Positions 22,401 through 34,421 of a stretch of 64,000 nucleotides of DNA are shown in pieces. The stretch is from Thecamonas trahens ATCC 50062 (Eukaryota > Protista > Apusomonadida). Numbering within the stretch: the first letter of the stretch is position 1; the number at the start of each line of letters is the position of its first letter. A model generated the notes under the pieces. That model ran no database searches and was not told where the DNA came from. It worked only from the letters and a program-made list of their open reading frames with translations. The stretch covers positions 372,001 to 436,000 of the forward strand of contig NW_013657663.1 of NCBI RefSeq assembly GCF_000142905.1, written 5' to 3'. A program made the translations under genes and the position numbers.

Positions 22401-25400
22401 ACGCCTTTCTGCTCAACGCCATGGCGGCCATGGGTCCGTTCCTTGACAACGTCCTCAGCATGGGCGGGTGCATTGTGGCTAGTCTCGTTGACTGGGTCTC
22501 GGCGCACCCGGATGCGGACGCCGAGCTGAGCGAGACCGAGAGTGAGCAGCGGGCAGCGCTGCTCAAGGCGAGCAGCAACTTGCTTGACCTCGTCACTGGC
22601 CTCACTGACTCGGCTAGCCTCGCCGAGTCGCAGCAGTTTACCCGGCTTGTCAAGGCCGCGAGCAACTCGGATTTACGGAGCCGGATCTTCAACCCGGTCT
22701 CGTGGGTGGAGCAGACCCAAGCGTCGGTGTCAAAGATGCTGGAGCCGCTGTGGCTGCCGTCGCCAAGCGGCGCCCGCCTCTTGACTGTCCTCCATGAGGA
22801 GGCGCAGCTGAGCGTGGTGGCAACGCTGATGAACTGCGTGACCAAAGCCGACCCGCTGGCTGCCGTCGTCGCGTCGGCTGCGTTGGGCACCGAGTCGGGC
22901 TCGTCCAGCGGGCGGGGAAGCGGAAGCGGCTTGGCATCTTCGATTTCGGATCTGATGCGGGTCATGCGGACCAACCCGAACGAGCCGGCGCTGTCGTACA
23001 TGGAAGGTTTGCTGGACTCTGCGCGTGAGGCGGAGGTCGCGCTCGAGGGCGCGCTCGAGGACGAGGAAGGCATTGGCTCGCTCTTTGATGCATTTCGGCG
23101 GCGGGCTGGCTCGCAAACCGGCGGGCCGGCGAGCGGTGGAGCCAACGGCCCGCCGCAACAAAGCGAGGTCGAGGTGAGCGCGACGTCGCTGGCGGCAGTC
23201 ATGTCGATGGGTGTTGAGCGCGTGAACGCTACCACTGCGCTGCGGGCCGTCGGTGGCTCCGATGTCAGTGCCGCTCTCGACTGGCTCTTTGCTCATCCGC
23301 CACAGCAGGCCGAAGGCGGCGCGTCGACTTCTGCCGGCGGCAGTGCGGAGGACGAACTTGCGCGCGCAATTGCGCTCTCGCTCCAAGAGGCTATGGGTGA
23401 CGAGGCTAGCGGCGGTGAGGCGATGAGCAACGCCGCTGACGACACAGCGGTCGAGCCGCAGCCTGAGCTCGAGCCGCAGCCCGAGCCTGAGCCGCAGCCC
23501 GAGCCTGAGCCGCAGCCCGAGCCCGCAATTGTCTGCCCGCTACTTGACTTTGCGCTGTGGCTTGCCGGACGGCCTGAAGCGTCGCATGCCATGGTGGGAG
23601 CGGCGCGGTCGCTGTTCAACACGCTTCTGACGTCGGAGCGAGAAGAGTTTGCGCCCGTGACGCCCGACGCTGTTCAGCGGCAGCTGCTGAGCGACTTGCA
23701 TGCGCCGGGCGCGGCAGCGCTCCTCGTGCAGCTTGTGAGCGAAGAGTCGGTGGCGCTGGAGGACAAGGAGCTTGCGGCAGTGGCGAGTGCGCTGCAGTCG
23801 TGCAACCAGGTGTCGACGCTTGGGCCGCTGCTTGCGCTTGTTGAGCACGGACTCAAGGTTGTGGGTTGCCGGGTCGAGGACGGCTGTGTTGTGTTTTCCA
23901 AGACGTCCTCGCTCCCGGTGGCTCCTGCCGAGGTGGTGCACGGGGTGCTTGCCGCGCTCTCGGCTGTGGACAAGGCATTGAGTGCAGACGTGCTCGAGGC
24001 TGCAGTGCGTGTCCTTGTCGTGGCAAGTGTCGAGAGCGAGGCAGCGGTGGCATTCCACGAGGCCGACGGCCTGTCTACTGTTGTGGCTCTTGGGGCCAAG
24101 TACCCGTTCGACAATCTGCCTCTCCTTGCGTCGATGCTGATGCACCACGTGCTCGAGAGTGAGCCAGGCGTGCTGCAGGCCGAACTAGAGACTGAGCTGG
24201 AGCGATTCCTGGACGAAGCGGGTACGCGTGCGCAGCTTCCAAACATCCACGACTTTGTCAAGACGACCGAGGCGTTGATGGTCCGCGGCGGTGACACCTT
24301 CCTTGCTGCGCTCCGGGCTGTCGCAACCAACTCGACGGTTCAGCCGGGCTTGGTGGTGTCCAAGACGGACGAGCGGCGTGACGTGCTCAAGGCGCTGGAG
24401 CGTGCACTCGGCACTTCAAACAGCCCTCCCGCGAGTGGATCGGGTGACGAGCCGGGTGCCAAGGCGGCACTGGCGCGAGGCGATCTTCCGGAGCGTGGCC
24501 TGGGCGTTCTCAAGTGGGCAGTGAGCAAGCTCGAGTCTCTGGCCGTGTCCAGCAGCAAGGGCAAGGAAGAGGCGGAGGCGGGCGAGGCCGAGTTGGAACG
24601 CAAACTTGTTCTTGTCCTGTTGGCCGAAGTTGCACTCAGCTGGCCGGCCGCCGTGTCATTGGTGCTCTCACCAGCGTGCGTGGCAACGGTTCTTCACGAA
24701 GTGGTAGAGAGCAAGGATGAGGCGACGCGGCAGGCTGCCGGCGCGGTGCTGGCAGGCGTGGGCTCGAGCAAGGGTCCGGCTCGCAGTACGGTGGCTGGAG
24801 CTGTGGTTGGCGCGCTGGAATCGCCCGGCTCGGAGGAGCAGGCAATGCGGCTGGCACGCTGGCTTCGGACGGCACTGGTGACAAAGAATGGCACGGTCCG
24901 TGTGGGTGTGGCCGCGATGCTGATCGAGGCCGGAGCGGTAACGGCGCTCTGCCGGCTCCTTGAGGAGATGGACCTCGAGTCGGCCAACGCCCGGGCGATG
25001 GCTAACGCGGTGATGCATCCGCTGGCGGTGCTCATTCACTTCCGCAGGGTGCGGGCCGGGCCAAGGCGCGGACCGGAGCGATGAATGCATCGACTCTGGA
25101 GTCGCTGCACCCACCGTCGGAGGTGCAGAGCCAGGTCCCGCTGCCGGCGTCGGACGAGCACATGGTCGTCGGCGTGTGGGCCGAGGACGACAGCGAGACC
25201 GAGTCGACGAGCTCGTACGACGAACACGACGACGAAGAGCATGACGACGGTGAGATGGGGAGGGAGGAGCGCGCCGGCCAATGGCCCATTCAGGCCAACG
25301 AGTTGTACTCGGACTCTGATGAGACCGGATCTGATCTGAGCGACGGCGAGGCTGTGGCGGCGCTCTTCCCGGATACGGCCAGCATTGTGCAATCGCTTCT

Positions 25401-28400
25401 TGAGGAAGACGGTGTGCACGCGATGGAACAGCTTGACGCGCTTTCGTCAGCGACGTACTCGGACGACGAGGCGGATCACTTTGACGACATCGACGACGAC
25501 GACGACGGTGTGTACCTGGACGACCTCCCGATGTCGGACGACTTTGAGCTTGATGAGGTGCTGGGTGGGGCAAGCCGGGTCATCGAGCCCGAGTGGGAGG
25601 CTGAGGACGGGTTTGAACTGCGGACGGGCGAAGCCGGCGGCGAGGACAACCTTACGCCTGCGGCGCGTGCCGGGCTTGACATCCAGCTTCTGGAGCATCT
25701 CGGCCTGCCTGTGAGCAACGTCGAAGATACAGTCATTTCGATCAATGGGCGCCTGACGCGGCTCTCGCAGCTGAGCTACGAGCAAGCCGCCAACGTGGTG
25801 GTTTCACTGCGGCAGGCTGACCCGCGCGCGGCCGAAATGCTCTCTGCACGCGCCGGCACAGCCGCTCATACGGTGTCGTACACGCTCGCGCATCCACTTC
25901 TTCCAGACCTGTTTGACTCGAACACGATAGTGCCGCACACGGTGGTGGTGCCGGTCGAGCGGCGCCTTGACTACGAGATGGTGCTCACTGCGCGTGGCGA
26001 CGTTGTCTCGTCGGACGTTGTCGAGCTGGTGCGGGCCATTCTCGGCGAGGAGCAGATTGCCATGCAAGCCGAGTTTGAGAATGTTCGTCGCGAGCGGACA
26101 GAAGCGATTGAGGCCGAGGCTCAAGCCAAGGCTGAGGCCGAGGCTCAGGCCCAGGCCCAGGCCCAAGCCCCTGTGGAGACAGAGGGCGGAGCGGAACCGG
26201 CCGTGGATGCTGTCGAAGCCGACGAGGAGGAGCGGCAGCGGCAGCGTCTCGAGGTGGAGCTCGCGATGGCGGGTGCTCAAGTTGAGGCCGAGGCGCAGGT
26301 GACTGCGTTGGAGGGTGAACCCGCGGCCGAGGCTGGAGCCGAGGCCGAGGCAGGGGTCGAGGCCGAGGCAGGGGTCGAGGCCGAGGCAGGGGTCGAGGCC
26401 GATGCAGGAGTCGAGGCCGAGGCAGGAGTCGAGGCCGAGGCAGGAGTCGAGGCCGAGGCAGGGGTCGAGGCCGAGGCAGGGGTCGAGGCCGAGGCCCAGG
26501 TCGAAGACCGGGAGGAGACCCTGTCTGAGCTCGGCATTGAGCCGATTGACGAGGCTTTCCTGGCCGCACTGCCGTCTGAGATGCGTGCCGAGGTGGTGGC
26601 CGAGCACGAGGCACTAGTGGCACAACGGCGGCGCGAGCGGCGGCGCGAGCGCGAGGCCGCGGCCGGCGGAAGCACCGGTGGTGACACCAGCGGTGGAGTC
26701 GGTTCGGTGAACCCAGAGTTCCTGGCGGCGCTGCCGCCCGAGCTACAGGCGGAAGTGCTGGAGCAGGAGCGACTGCAGCAGGAGCGACTGCTGCGCGGCG
26801 CCGGCGGCGGAGGAGGCAGCGCGTCCAACACGCAGTCTGCGGCCGAGGAGAATCTTGCGTTTGTGATGTCACTGACGCCGGACCTCCGACGCGAGGTGCT
26901 GCTGACGTCGGACGACGCGTTCCTCAACACGCTACCGCCAGACATTCGGGCCGAGGCGTTTGCGCTGCGCGAGCGGAGCGCGCGGCGGTTTGGGCTTGGC
27001 AACGGCGGTGGCGGGCGTGGCGGCGGAGGCGTGCCGCATGCTGGCCGCGGTGGGGCAGGAGGGGCAGGAGGCGGGTCTGGATGGGCAAACATGGCCCGTG
27101 GTCTGCCGAGCGCGCCGCGGGCGACTGGGCTTGCGGCCGAGCCTGACCGTGTCACGCTGCATACCGAGGACGCCGATGTCGACGGCGAGCCGTTTGTGAC
27201 TCGTGGTGCGCTGTACGCGCTGGTTCGGCTGCTCTATCTGTCCAAGCCGGTGGAAAAGGCGGTGATGGAGCGGGTGCTGGCGAGCGTGTGTGCACAGGCC
27301 AAGCCGCGGCGGCGCATGCTTGCGCTGCTGGTGGGTGTGCTCAAGGGCTGGCGCGGAGTGCCGCGGGTTGCAGGCAAGGGCAAGGAGGAGGTCGATCCGG
27401 CGGACGAGATGGCGCGCGCGGTGGCTAGTCTTGTTGCCGCGCCGCTGTTTGGCGTGAAGCGGCTGACGCTGTTTGGGCGTGCTCACGGCGGCGAGCGCGA
27501 GAGCCGGGTGCCGAGCCTTGTGCTTCGGCGGGTTGTAGAGATCCTCACCTTCCTCTGCTCGGTCAACAAGCCTGTGGTGGCGATGCTGAGCGGGAGCTCG
27601 CTGGCGGCGCTGGTGGGGCTGGTGGGCCAGGGGCCGTTTGCCGAGGCCCATACGCTCTCGCTCCTCCTCCGGCTGCTCAACGTGGTGCTGAAGGGCGCTG
27701 CCGACGTAGGTGAGGTGGAGCAGGCTGTGCTCGCTGCTGTTGTCTCGGTCCTGCGTGGCTCGTACCCCGAGGCGACGATGAAGCAAGTGCAGGAGGTTGT
27801 TGCGGCGCTGGCGCGCACGCCGGCCAACCGGGCGGAGCTCAAGGCCATGCTCATGGCGGCGCTGGAAGGCGTGGTCGCCTCAGTCGTGGCCTCGTTCAAC
27901 AAGCTGGTGGCGGCGGCAGCGGGCTCGGGCTCGAGCCCTGCTGCCCACGCCAGCCTTGATCTTGTCTCGCTCTGCGCGGTGCAGGACCAGGGCGTTCTCG
28001 CGCGGCTTGTGGAGACTTTGAAGATGGTGGCGGCAAGCGGAGAGGCCGAAGCCGAGGCTGAGGTTGCATCCATGGCCGAGCCAGCGGTCGAGCCAGAGCC
28101 TGCGACTTCGGTCGAGGGTGAGGGCGAAGGCGAGGGGGAGGGGGAAGACGACCAAGCAGCAGCGGCAGCGGCAGCGGCAGCGGCGGTGGCCAAGGCGACA
28201 GCAGCAGCAGCGGCAGCGACCAAGGCGGCGGCCGAGGCCGAAGCCGAGGCGACGATGGAGCAGCTCGGCATGGTGCTCGAGCCGCTGACCACCGGCCTCG
28301 ACCTCGTGCTTGCGGCGCTTGGCGAGCAAGCTGGAATTGCGGCGGCGGCGGCGGCTGGCGAGGGCGAGGCCGGCACGTCGGGCGGTGGCGAGGGCGGGTC

Positions 28401-29880
28401 GAGCATGATGTTCGAAGAGGCCGAGCTCGAGGCAGCGCAGGTGTCTGCGGCTGTGCGCGACGTGATGCTCCAACTTGTGCCGTCGATTGCCATGTTTGCG
28501 ATGGTGTCGCGACCTAAGCCGCCGCCGTCGACGCTCACGACGTCGCCGTCGACTGGCAAGCTCAAGGAGGAGGCCGAGGAGGGTAGCAGTGAGGGCACAG
28601 TGCTGGACTTTGTGACGTTTGCGTCGCGGCACCGGCGGCTGCTGAACGCACTTGTGCGCGACAACGTTGAGCTGCTGCACTCGAGCTTTGCGGTCCTGCT
28701 CGAGCGGAAGGACGTGGCCAAGGCTGTGCTCGACTTTGACAACAAGCGGGTGCTGTTCCGTCAGGCTGTGCGCGAGGCGGCCGAGGCTGCGCGCGGCGGG
28801 CGGATCTCGATCCGTGTCCGGCGCGACCATGTGTTTGAGGACTCGTACCAGCAGCTCTGGTCGCTGCCTGCCAATCAGCTGCGCGGACGGATGCGCGTGG
28901 CCTTTGAGGGCGAGCCTGGTGTTGACGCAGGCGGCGTGACCCGCGAGTGGTACCAGGTGCTTGCGACGGAGATGTTCAACCCGGCGTACGGGCTGTTCGA
29001 GTCGTCACAGGAGGGCTCGACGTACCAGCCGAACGAAAAGTCGGGCGTCAACCCGGCGCACCTCAACTACTTTACGTTTGTGGGCGTGGTGCTCGGCAAG
29101 GCGCTGTGCGACGGCCAGGCACTGCCTGTCTACTTTACACGTGCGCTGTACAAACACATGCTTGGCGAGCGCGTGACGCTCGAGGACCTCAAGGCGTACG
29201 ACCCGACACTGTACGCCTCGCTTGTGTGTGTGCTCAACACGGCTGTGGAGGAGCTCGGGCTGGAGTACCAGAACTTTACGACGGCAGTCGATGAGTTTGG
29301 TGCACACAAGATCGTGCCGCTCGTCGACGGCGGCGAGGACATCCTGCTGACGGACGAGAACAAGGCCGAGTACGTGCGGCTCCTCGTGGAGTTCAAGCTC
29401 ACCACCGGCATCGCCGACCAGCTCAAGGCCTTCCTCGGTGGCGTGCACAAGCTCGTGGATCCCGAGCTGCTCGCCGTGTTTACGCCCAAGGAGCTCGAGT
29501 TGCTCATTGCCGGTCTTCCTACCATCGACATCAACGACCTGCGGGCCAACACCGAGTACGGCACCGGGTACAAGCCGTCGTCGCCGCAGATCGTGTGGTT
29601 CTGGGAAGTTGTCTCGGCCTTTGACCAGGAGCAGCTGGCCAAGCTCGTCCAGTTTGTCACCGGCTCGTCGCGGGTCCCGGTCGCCGGCTTCTCGGCGCTG
29701 CAGGGTATGCGTGGCATCCAGCGGTTCCAGATTCAGGCAACCAAGCGCAAGGACGCGCTCCCGACGTCGCACTCGTGCTACAACATGCTCGATCTCCCCA
29801 AGTACGGCTCCAAGGAAGAGCTCGAGCGCAAGCTGCTACTCGCCATCGGCGAGGGCTACGTCGGCTTTGGCTTTGCTTAG
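19415..29880 (+). CDS. HUWE1: HUWE1/Tom1/UPL1-type HECT E3 ubiquitin ligase (ARM region, UBA, acidic region, UBM repeats, HECT); split into ORFs 19415..25084 and 25081..29880
   Basis: UBA (MSMGVER..AALDWLF); UBM motifs IDEAFLAALPSEMRAEV and VNPEFLAALPPELQAEVL; HECT domain DFDNKR, GVDAGGVTREW, FVTGSSRVP, LPTSHSCYNMLDLP, GFGFA*. Confidence 0.93.
23452..23525 (+). repeat. Coding 18-bp tandem repeat (EPQPEP)n in HUWE1
   Basis: gagccgcagcccgagcct units, about 4 copies. Confidence 0.85.
26341..26496 (+). repeat. Coding 18-bp tandem repeat (EAEAGV)n in HUWE1
   Basis: gaggccgaggcagg(g/a)gtc repeated about 8-9 times. Confidence 0.9.
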
Positions 29881-29935
29881 CCTGCTGATAAATGCCTCTG
29901 GCATTGAGACAAGGTTGGGAGTTTACTCCGTGCGA

Positions 29936-30926
29936 TTAGCCCGACTTGAACAGGAGGACCGCGATCTGGCCGAGGTAGAAGTAGATGAACGCGCGGGTCT
30001 CGTGGGTCACGTACGAGCCAAAGTTCCGGCCCACGATGCAGTGCCAAGTCGGGTGGTGCTTGCGGTCGCTGTGAATGGAGAGATCCTTGTGAGTGAGGCA
30101 GGGGATATGGGGAGGTAGGGGAGAACGAGGAAGAGGAAGAGGAGGAGGACTTACACTAGATGCGGGTGACGAGTGCGGGCGGGGGGGGGGGAGGGAGGGA
30201 GGGGGGAGGAGGGGGAGTGAGTAGAGGGTGAGGGGTTGAAAAGGAGAAGGGGAAGCGGAAGAGGAAGCGAAAGGGTAGTGATGACAACGACGGGGAGAGG
30301 GAAACCGATGGTCACCATCTTCTTGGGCATGATCCTGGGCAACATCACCATGGGCAACATCACCATGTCATCGCCCTCGCATCATACGTACACTACACAC
30401 ACACACACACACACAGGTATACATCCATACGCATGTGCATATGGCAAGGGTTAAACGTGAGTCACAAGCACAAAGAGTGTTGGGTGATGGTGAGGGGAAT
30501 GGCAGCCAGAGAGGGTGGCAAGAGTGCTGGCGCGCCAACCGGAACCGGTGTGTGCTGCTGTGTGCTGTGTCGCCCACAAATGGTCAAACTGAGGCAAAAA
30601 ACGGTCCGGCGGGAAACGGAGGGAGCGCGCCGAGTGGGGGGGCAGGGGGGGGGGGAAAGGGGGGGGGGGGGGGGAATGGAGATAGAAAGGGGTGAGGGGA
30701 GTGGGGAGAGGGGGAGGGAGTGGTACATGCAGTGTATATGTAGTGTGTGTGATGGTGGTGGGAATGGTGGGAGGTACATGTCTATACGTACCTCCTTCTT
30801 GATGTGGGCAGCAATGTCCTTCTCGATCGAGTGGCGGTCAAGGGCAGCCATGGCGCAGTCGACGGCGTCCTGCTGCATGTCCTCAGACATGTCAGCGTTC
30901 TTGATCACAGCTTGCTGGGACGACAT
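29936..30926 (-). CDS. DYNLL1: Dynein light chain LC8, 89 aa; complement(join(29936..30068,30155,30392,30792..30926)), with two 1-nt exons
   Basis: Exon 1 [30 protein letters not shown]; last exon (C)[24 protein letters not shown]..LLFKSG*. 135+1+1+133=270 nt. All three introns are GT-AG with ACTCAC branch motifs. Confidence 0.93.
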
Positions 30927-31574
30927 AGTAGGTGAGGGAGACGAAAGTGTGAAATGAGTCGAGTATTGCTAATCCGCGCCCTTCCCACCCCGCCCCCCGC
31001 CCCTCCTCCCCTCCCCCAGCACTACCAAGCAACCTCCCGCCTGTCCCGCCGTTGGTCGCTCGGGTCGCCCGAACGCCCTCGGTCTGCCATGCAACCGATG
31101 GACAAAGTGGACAAAGTGGACGAAATGTCGTCTATTTTGTCCTCGTTCGTTCGTCCACCTCCGCCCTCCCACCAAACGGTCGGCCTCTTCTCACGTGCCA
31201 CTCAGCCTTGCTCCATTGCCAGCGATTCTGCTTAATTTCGTCTCGAGACCGACCAGGTACGGGGGGGGGGTAGCAGTGACGACCTGTGTGGAAGGAGAGG
31301 ACGCATAGAAGGACGGGAACCATTTAGGTGGAGATGGTGTGGGGGAGGGGGAGGAGGGGGTACAAGGGGTTGAGCTCTTCTCCTCCCCTTCCCCTTTGTC
31401 CCTTTGTAGCTGGTGTGAATAAGGTGGAGGAGGAAAGGGGGGGAGGGTGGCTGCCCAAACAACTTGCTTTGCCACGGGTGCCGAATCGGAGAGTAACGGC
31501 TGGGGGGAAGGGGGGGGGGGGAAGAAGGGGCGAACGTCATGAAACTCATGCGGAAGGGAGTGAGGAACAACAGC

Positions 31575-33122
31575 ATGGGAGACGCACTCTCGAAGGAGAT
31601 CAAGAAGGCGTCGAAGAAGCAGAAGCTCGACCTGTCTGACCGGCAGATTGAGGAGATTCCGGACAAGATTGGCAAGTGCGTCAAGCTGGTGGAGCTCGAT
31701 GTGTCGACCAACTCGCTGGCAGACTTGCCGCCTGAGGTCGGCCTGTTGACCAATCTAGAAATCTTGAACATTGCAAACAATCGAATGAATGGGCTATTCC
31801 CGGACATCGGCAAGCTCAAGAAGCTGGAGGACCTCTCTGCCCACCACAACCGGCTGTTCTTTGCGGGCATTACGCCCGAGGTGGGCAAGTGTGCGTCACT
31901 GACCCGCGTCGACTTTTCATCGAACCAGCTCGACACGCTCCCGTCCGAGTTCTTCAAGCTTCCGCTCAAGGTGGTGGACCTCTCGCAGAACGCGTTCAAG
32001 ACGATGTCTGAGGAGTTTGGCAAGGTCTCGTCGCTGCAGGAGCTGTACCTGCAGGATAACAAGATCAAGTTTGTGCCTGCCGAGCTTGGGCAGCTCGTCA
32101 ACCTCCAGGTGCTCAACCTGGCGAACAACGAAGTGCCCGGCCTGCCGAACGAGATCGAGTCTGTGCTCCAGCTCCGCAAGCTCGACGTTGGCTTCAACCA
32201 GCTTCGTGAGCTTCCCGAGTCGATCTGCCGGCTGACCAACATGACGGAGCTCATCATCCGCGACAACCCCGCGCTGGCGGACCTGCCGTTTGACCTTGGT
32301 GCGATGCGCAAGCTCAAGGTGCTCTCGCTCCGCAACACGCGGGTCGAGGAGCTGCCCGACGACATTGCCGACCTGACCGCCCTGGTTGAGCTCGATGTTC
32401 GCGACAACGTCCAGCTCGCCGAGGTGACACCGGCCGTGGGCGAGCTGGTCAACCTTCGCAAGCTCGACCTGTACGGCTGCGGCCTGGCATCAATCCCGAT
32501 GTCTCTCGGCCAGCTCTCGCAGCTCGAGTCGCTCGACTTGCGCAACAACCAGCTGACCGCCATCATGCTCCCGCAAGAGCTCTCAGCACTCACCACGCTC
32601 ACCAAGCTCCACCTCGGCAACAACCCGCTCGAGTCGGTCCCAGTAGACGTCATCTCCACACTCACCAACCTCGAGGAGCTCGACCTTTCCAACTGCCGCC
32701 TCGAGCGGCTGCTGGAGGAGATCGGCGAGCTGACTAACCTGACCAAGCTCTCGCTCGCCTCGAACCGCCTCGAGACGCTGCCGTTTGAGATCGGAGACCT
32801 GACCCTGCTCCAGATCCTCGACCTCCGCTCCAACAAGCTCACTTCGATCCCCGTCGAGATCTCCAAGCTTGCTGCTATCACCAAGCTCGATCTGTCGTAC
32901 AACTCGCTCACCGAGCTGCCGCCCGAGATGAGCGCGCTCGAGAACCTTGAGACCCTTGACCTCAAGAACAACTCGCTCATCACCCCGCCCAACCCGGTCA
33001 TCCGCAAGGGTACCGGTGCCGTCATGCAGTACCTCGCCCAGCAGCTTGCCCAGCGCGAGTCGGGCGGCGCAGGCCCGTCGGGCGCCGCCGGCGGTACCGC
33101 CCTCGACGCTGGCGACTTTTAA
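31575..33122 (+). CDS. Leucine-rich repeat protein (about 20 LRRs; SHOC2/LAP-like)
   Basis: Repeated LxxLDLSxNxLxxLPxEIGxL. Likely ATG at 31575 after a 5'-UTR intron (donor GTACGG at 31257, acceptor CAACAG at 31573); the ORF is open from 31539. Confidence 0.9.
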   Translation: MGDALSKEIKKASKKQKLDLSDRQIEEIPDKIGKCVKLVELDVSTNSLADLPPEVGLLTNLEILNIANNRMNGLFPDIGKLKKLEDLSAHHNRLFFAGITPEVGKCASLTRVDFSSNQLDTLPSEFFKLPLKVVDLSQNAFKTMSEEFGKVSSLQELYLQDNKIKFVPAELGQLVNLQVLNLANNEVPGLPNEIESVLQLRKLDVGFNQLRELPESICRLTNMTELIIRDNPALADLPFDLGAMRKLKVLSLRNTRVEELPDDIADLTALVELDVRDNVQLAEVTPAVGELVNLRKLDLYGCGLASIPMSLGQLSQLESLDLRNNQLTAIMLPQELSALTTLTKLHLGNNPLESVPVDVISTLTNLEELDLSNCRLERLLEEIGELTNLTKLSLASNRLETLPFEIGDLTLLQILDLRSNKLTSIPVEISKLAAITKLDLSYNSLTELPPEMSALENLETLDLKNNSLITPPNPVIRKGTGAVMQYLAQQLAQRESGGAGPSGAAGGTALDAGDF

Positions 33123-33217
33123 TCTGCCGCCCCACTTGCACAAAACAAGAAACGAACACGCACACACACCTCCGTCCACCCGCACTCTCCGCCTCTCCCA
33201 GCGAAGCCAAACACAGT

Positions 33218-34153
33218 TTACTCGTCCGAGTCCGAGTCCGAGTCGGACGAGAGCTCGAGGCCGGCAAAGAGGGCCGCGTTGACGGTGTTGGCATCAGCAG
33301 CAGCATCGGCAGCGGTGTTGGAAGCCGGAGTGGCAGCGCCCGAGGGAGGTGCCGACGAGCCAGCCTCGGACGGAGCCTCCGAGTCGTCACGGACGAGGCC
33401 AGACTCAAAGATGGCCCGACCGGAGAGTCGGCCGGCCCGCTTCTGCATGGCCTTGCGGGCCTTGGCGGCCGACGACGCCGATGACGACCGCTTAGCAAAC
33501 ATGGCCTCGGCGCGCTCGCGGCGCTGGGCACGGATAACGTCGTTAAAGTCCGGCGCCCACTGAGCAAAGAGCTCGCGGGTGACGGCGGTACCCTTGCGCG
33601 CCTCCTCTGCAGCCGCAAAGGCAGCAGCCTCGGCAGCTTTGATCTCGGCGAGCTCCTCCTCCGCGTCTTCTGCAAGCTCGTCCAGCGCATCACGAGCAGC
33701 CTGGACCATAGAAAAGACCATGATGTCGCCGATAGAGTCCTCCACAGACTCAGCCACAGCCTCTTCGACCCTGGCAAGACCATCCGCGTTGAGACCACGC
33801 TTGCGGCGGAGGGTCCAGCTCGGAGCGACCTCTGGGTACTCGGCAACATAGGTGACAACGAGGAAGACCTGGGGACGGAGACGATGAGCCAGTGGCATCT
33901 CTGCCGTATCATCCTCATCATTATCATCACCATCACCGTTATCGCCAGCAGCAGCAGCAGCACCAGCATCCCCAGCATCCCCAGCATCGTCATCATCATC
34001 ACTCTCCTCGCTCTCCTCGCCGTCGCCCGTCGCTGTGACCAGGACCTCAAAGGAGGCAAAGGGCTCATGGCAAAGGACCTTGAACTCATCAGACGACGGG
34101 TAGATAGACTCAAGCACCTCCAGCTCAGACGCCTGCTCCTCTGCAAAGTCCAT
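33218..34153 (-). CDS. RWDD1: RWD-domain protein RWDD1/Gir2 (DFRP2, DRG GTPase partner)
   Basis: MDFAEEQASELEVLESIYP, YPEVAP, IGDIMVFSMV, GTAVTRELFAQW, RLSGRAIFE. Confidence 0.85.
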   Translation of the reverse strand: MDFAEEQASELEVLESIYPSSDEFKVLCHEPFASFEVLVTATGDGEESEESDDDDDAGDAGDAGAAAAAGDNGDGDDNDEDDTAEMPLAHRLRPQVFLVVTYVAEYPEVAPSWTLRRKRGLNADGLARVEEAVAESVEDSIGDIMVFSMVQAARDALDELAEDAEEELAEIKAAEAAAFAAAEEARKGTAVTRELFAQWAPDFNDVIRAQRRERAEAMFAKRSSSASSAAKARKAMQKRAGRLSGRAIFESGLVRDDSEAPSEAGSSAPPSGAATPASNTAADAAADANTVNAALFAGLELSSDSDSDSDE

Positions 34154-34196
34154 TTTGTTGTGAGGTGTGTGGGTGGGGGGAGGGGGTGGGGGAGGG

Positions 34197-34421
34197 NNNN
34201 NNNNNNNNNNNNNNNNNNNNNNNNNNNNNNNNNNNNNNNNNNNNNNNNNNNNNNNNNNNNNNNNNNNNNNNNNNNNNNNNNNNNNNNNNNNNNNNNNNNN
34301 NNNNNNNNNNNNNNNNNNNNNNNNNNNNNNNNNNNNNNNNNNNNNNNNNNNNNNNNNNNNNNNNNNNNNNNNNNNNNNNNNNNNNNNNNNNNNNNNNNNN
34401 NNNNNNNNNNNNNNNNNNNNN
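34197..34421. other. Assembly gap (N run) flanked by G-rich sequence
   Basis: Run of n characters. Confidence 1.

Noticed and set aside
30462-30791. 154-aa LC8 ORF with a novel C-terminal extension
   Set aside because: It is read-through into intron 1; the true C-terminus lies at 30068..29936.
31232-33025. Long antisense and alternative-frame ORFs (e.g. 597 aa opposite the LRR gene, and many similar)
   Set aside because: These are shadow ORFs caused by high GC3 codon bias; they carry no recognisable motifs.
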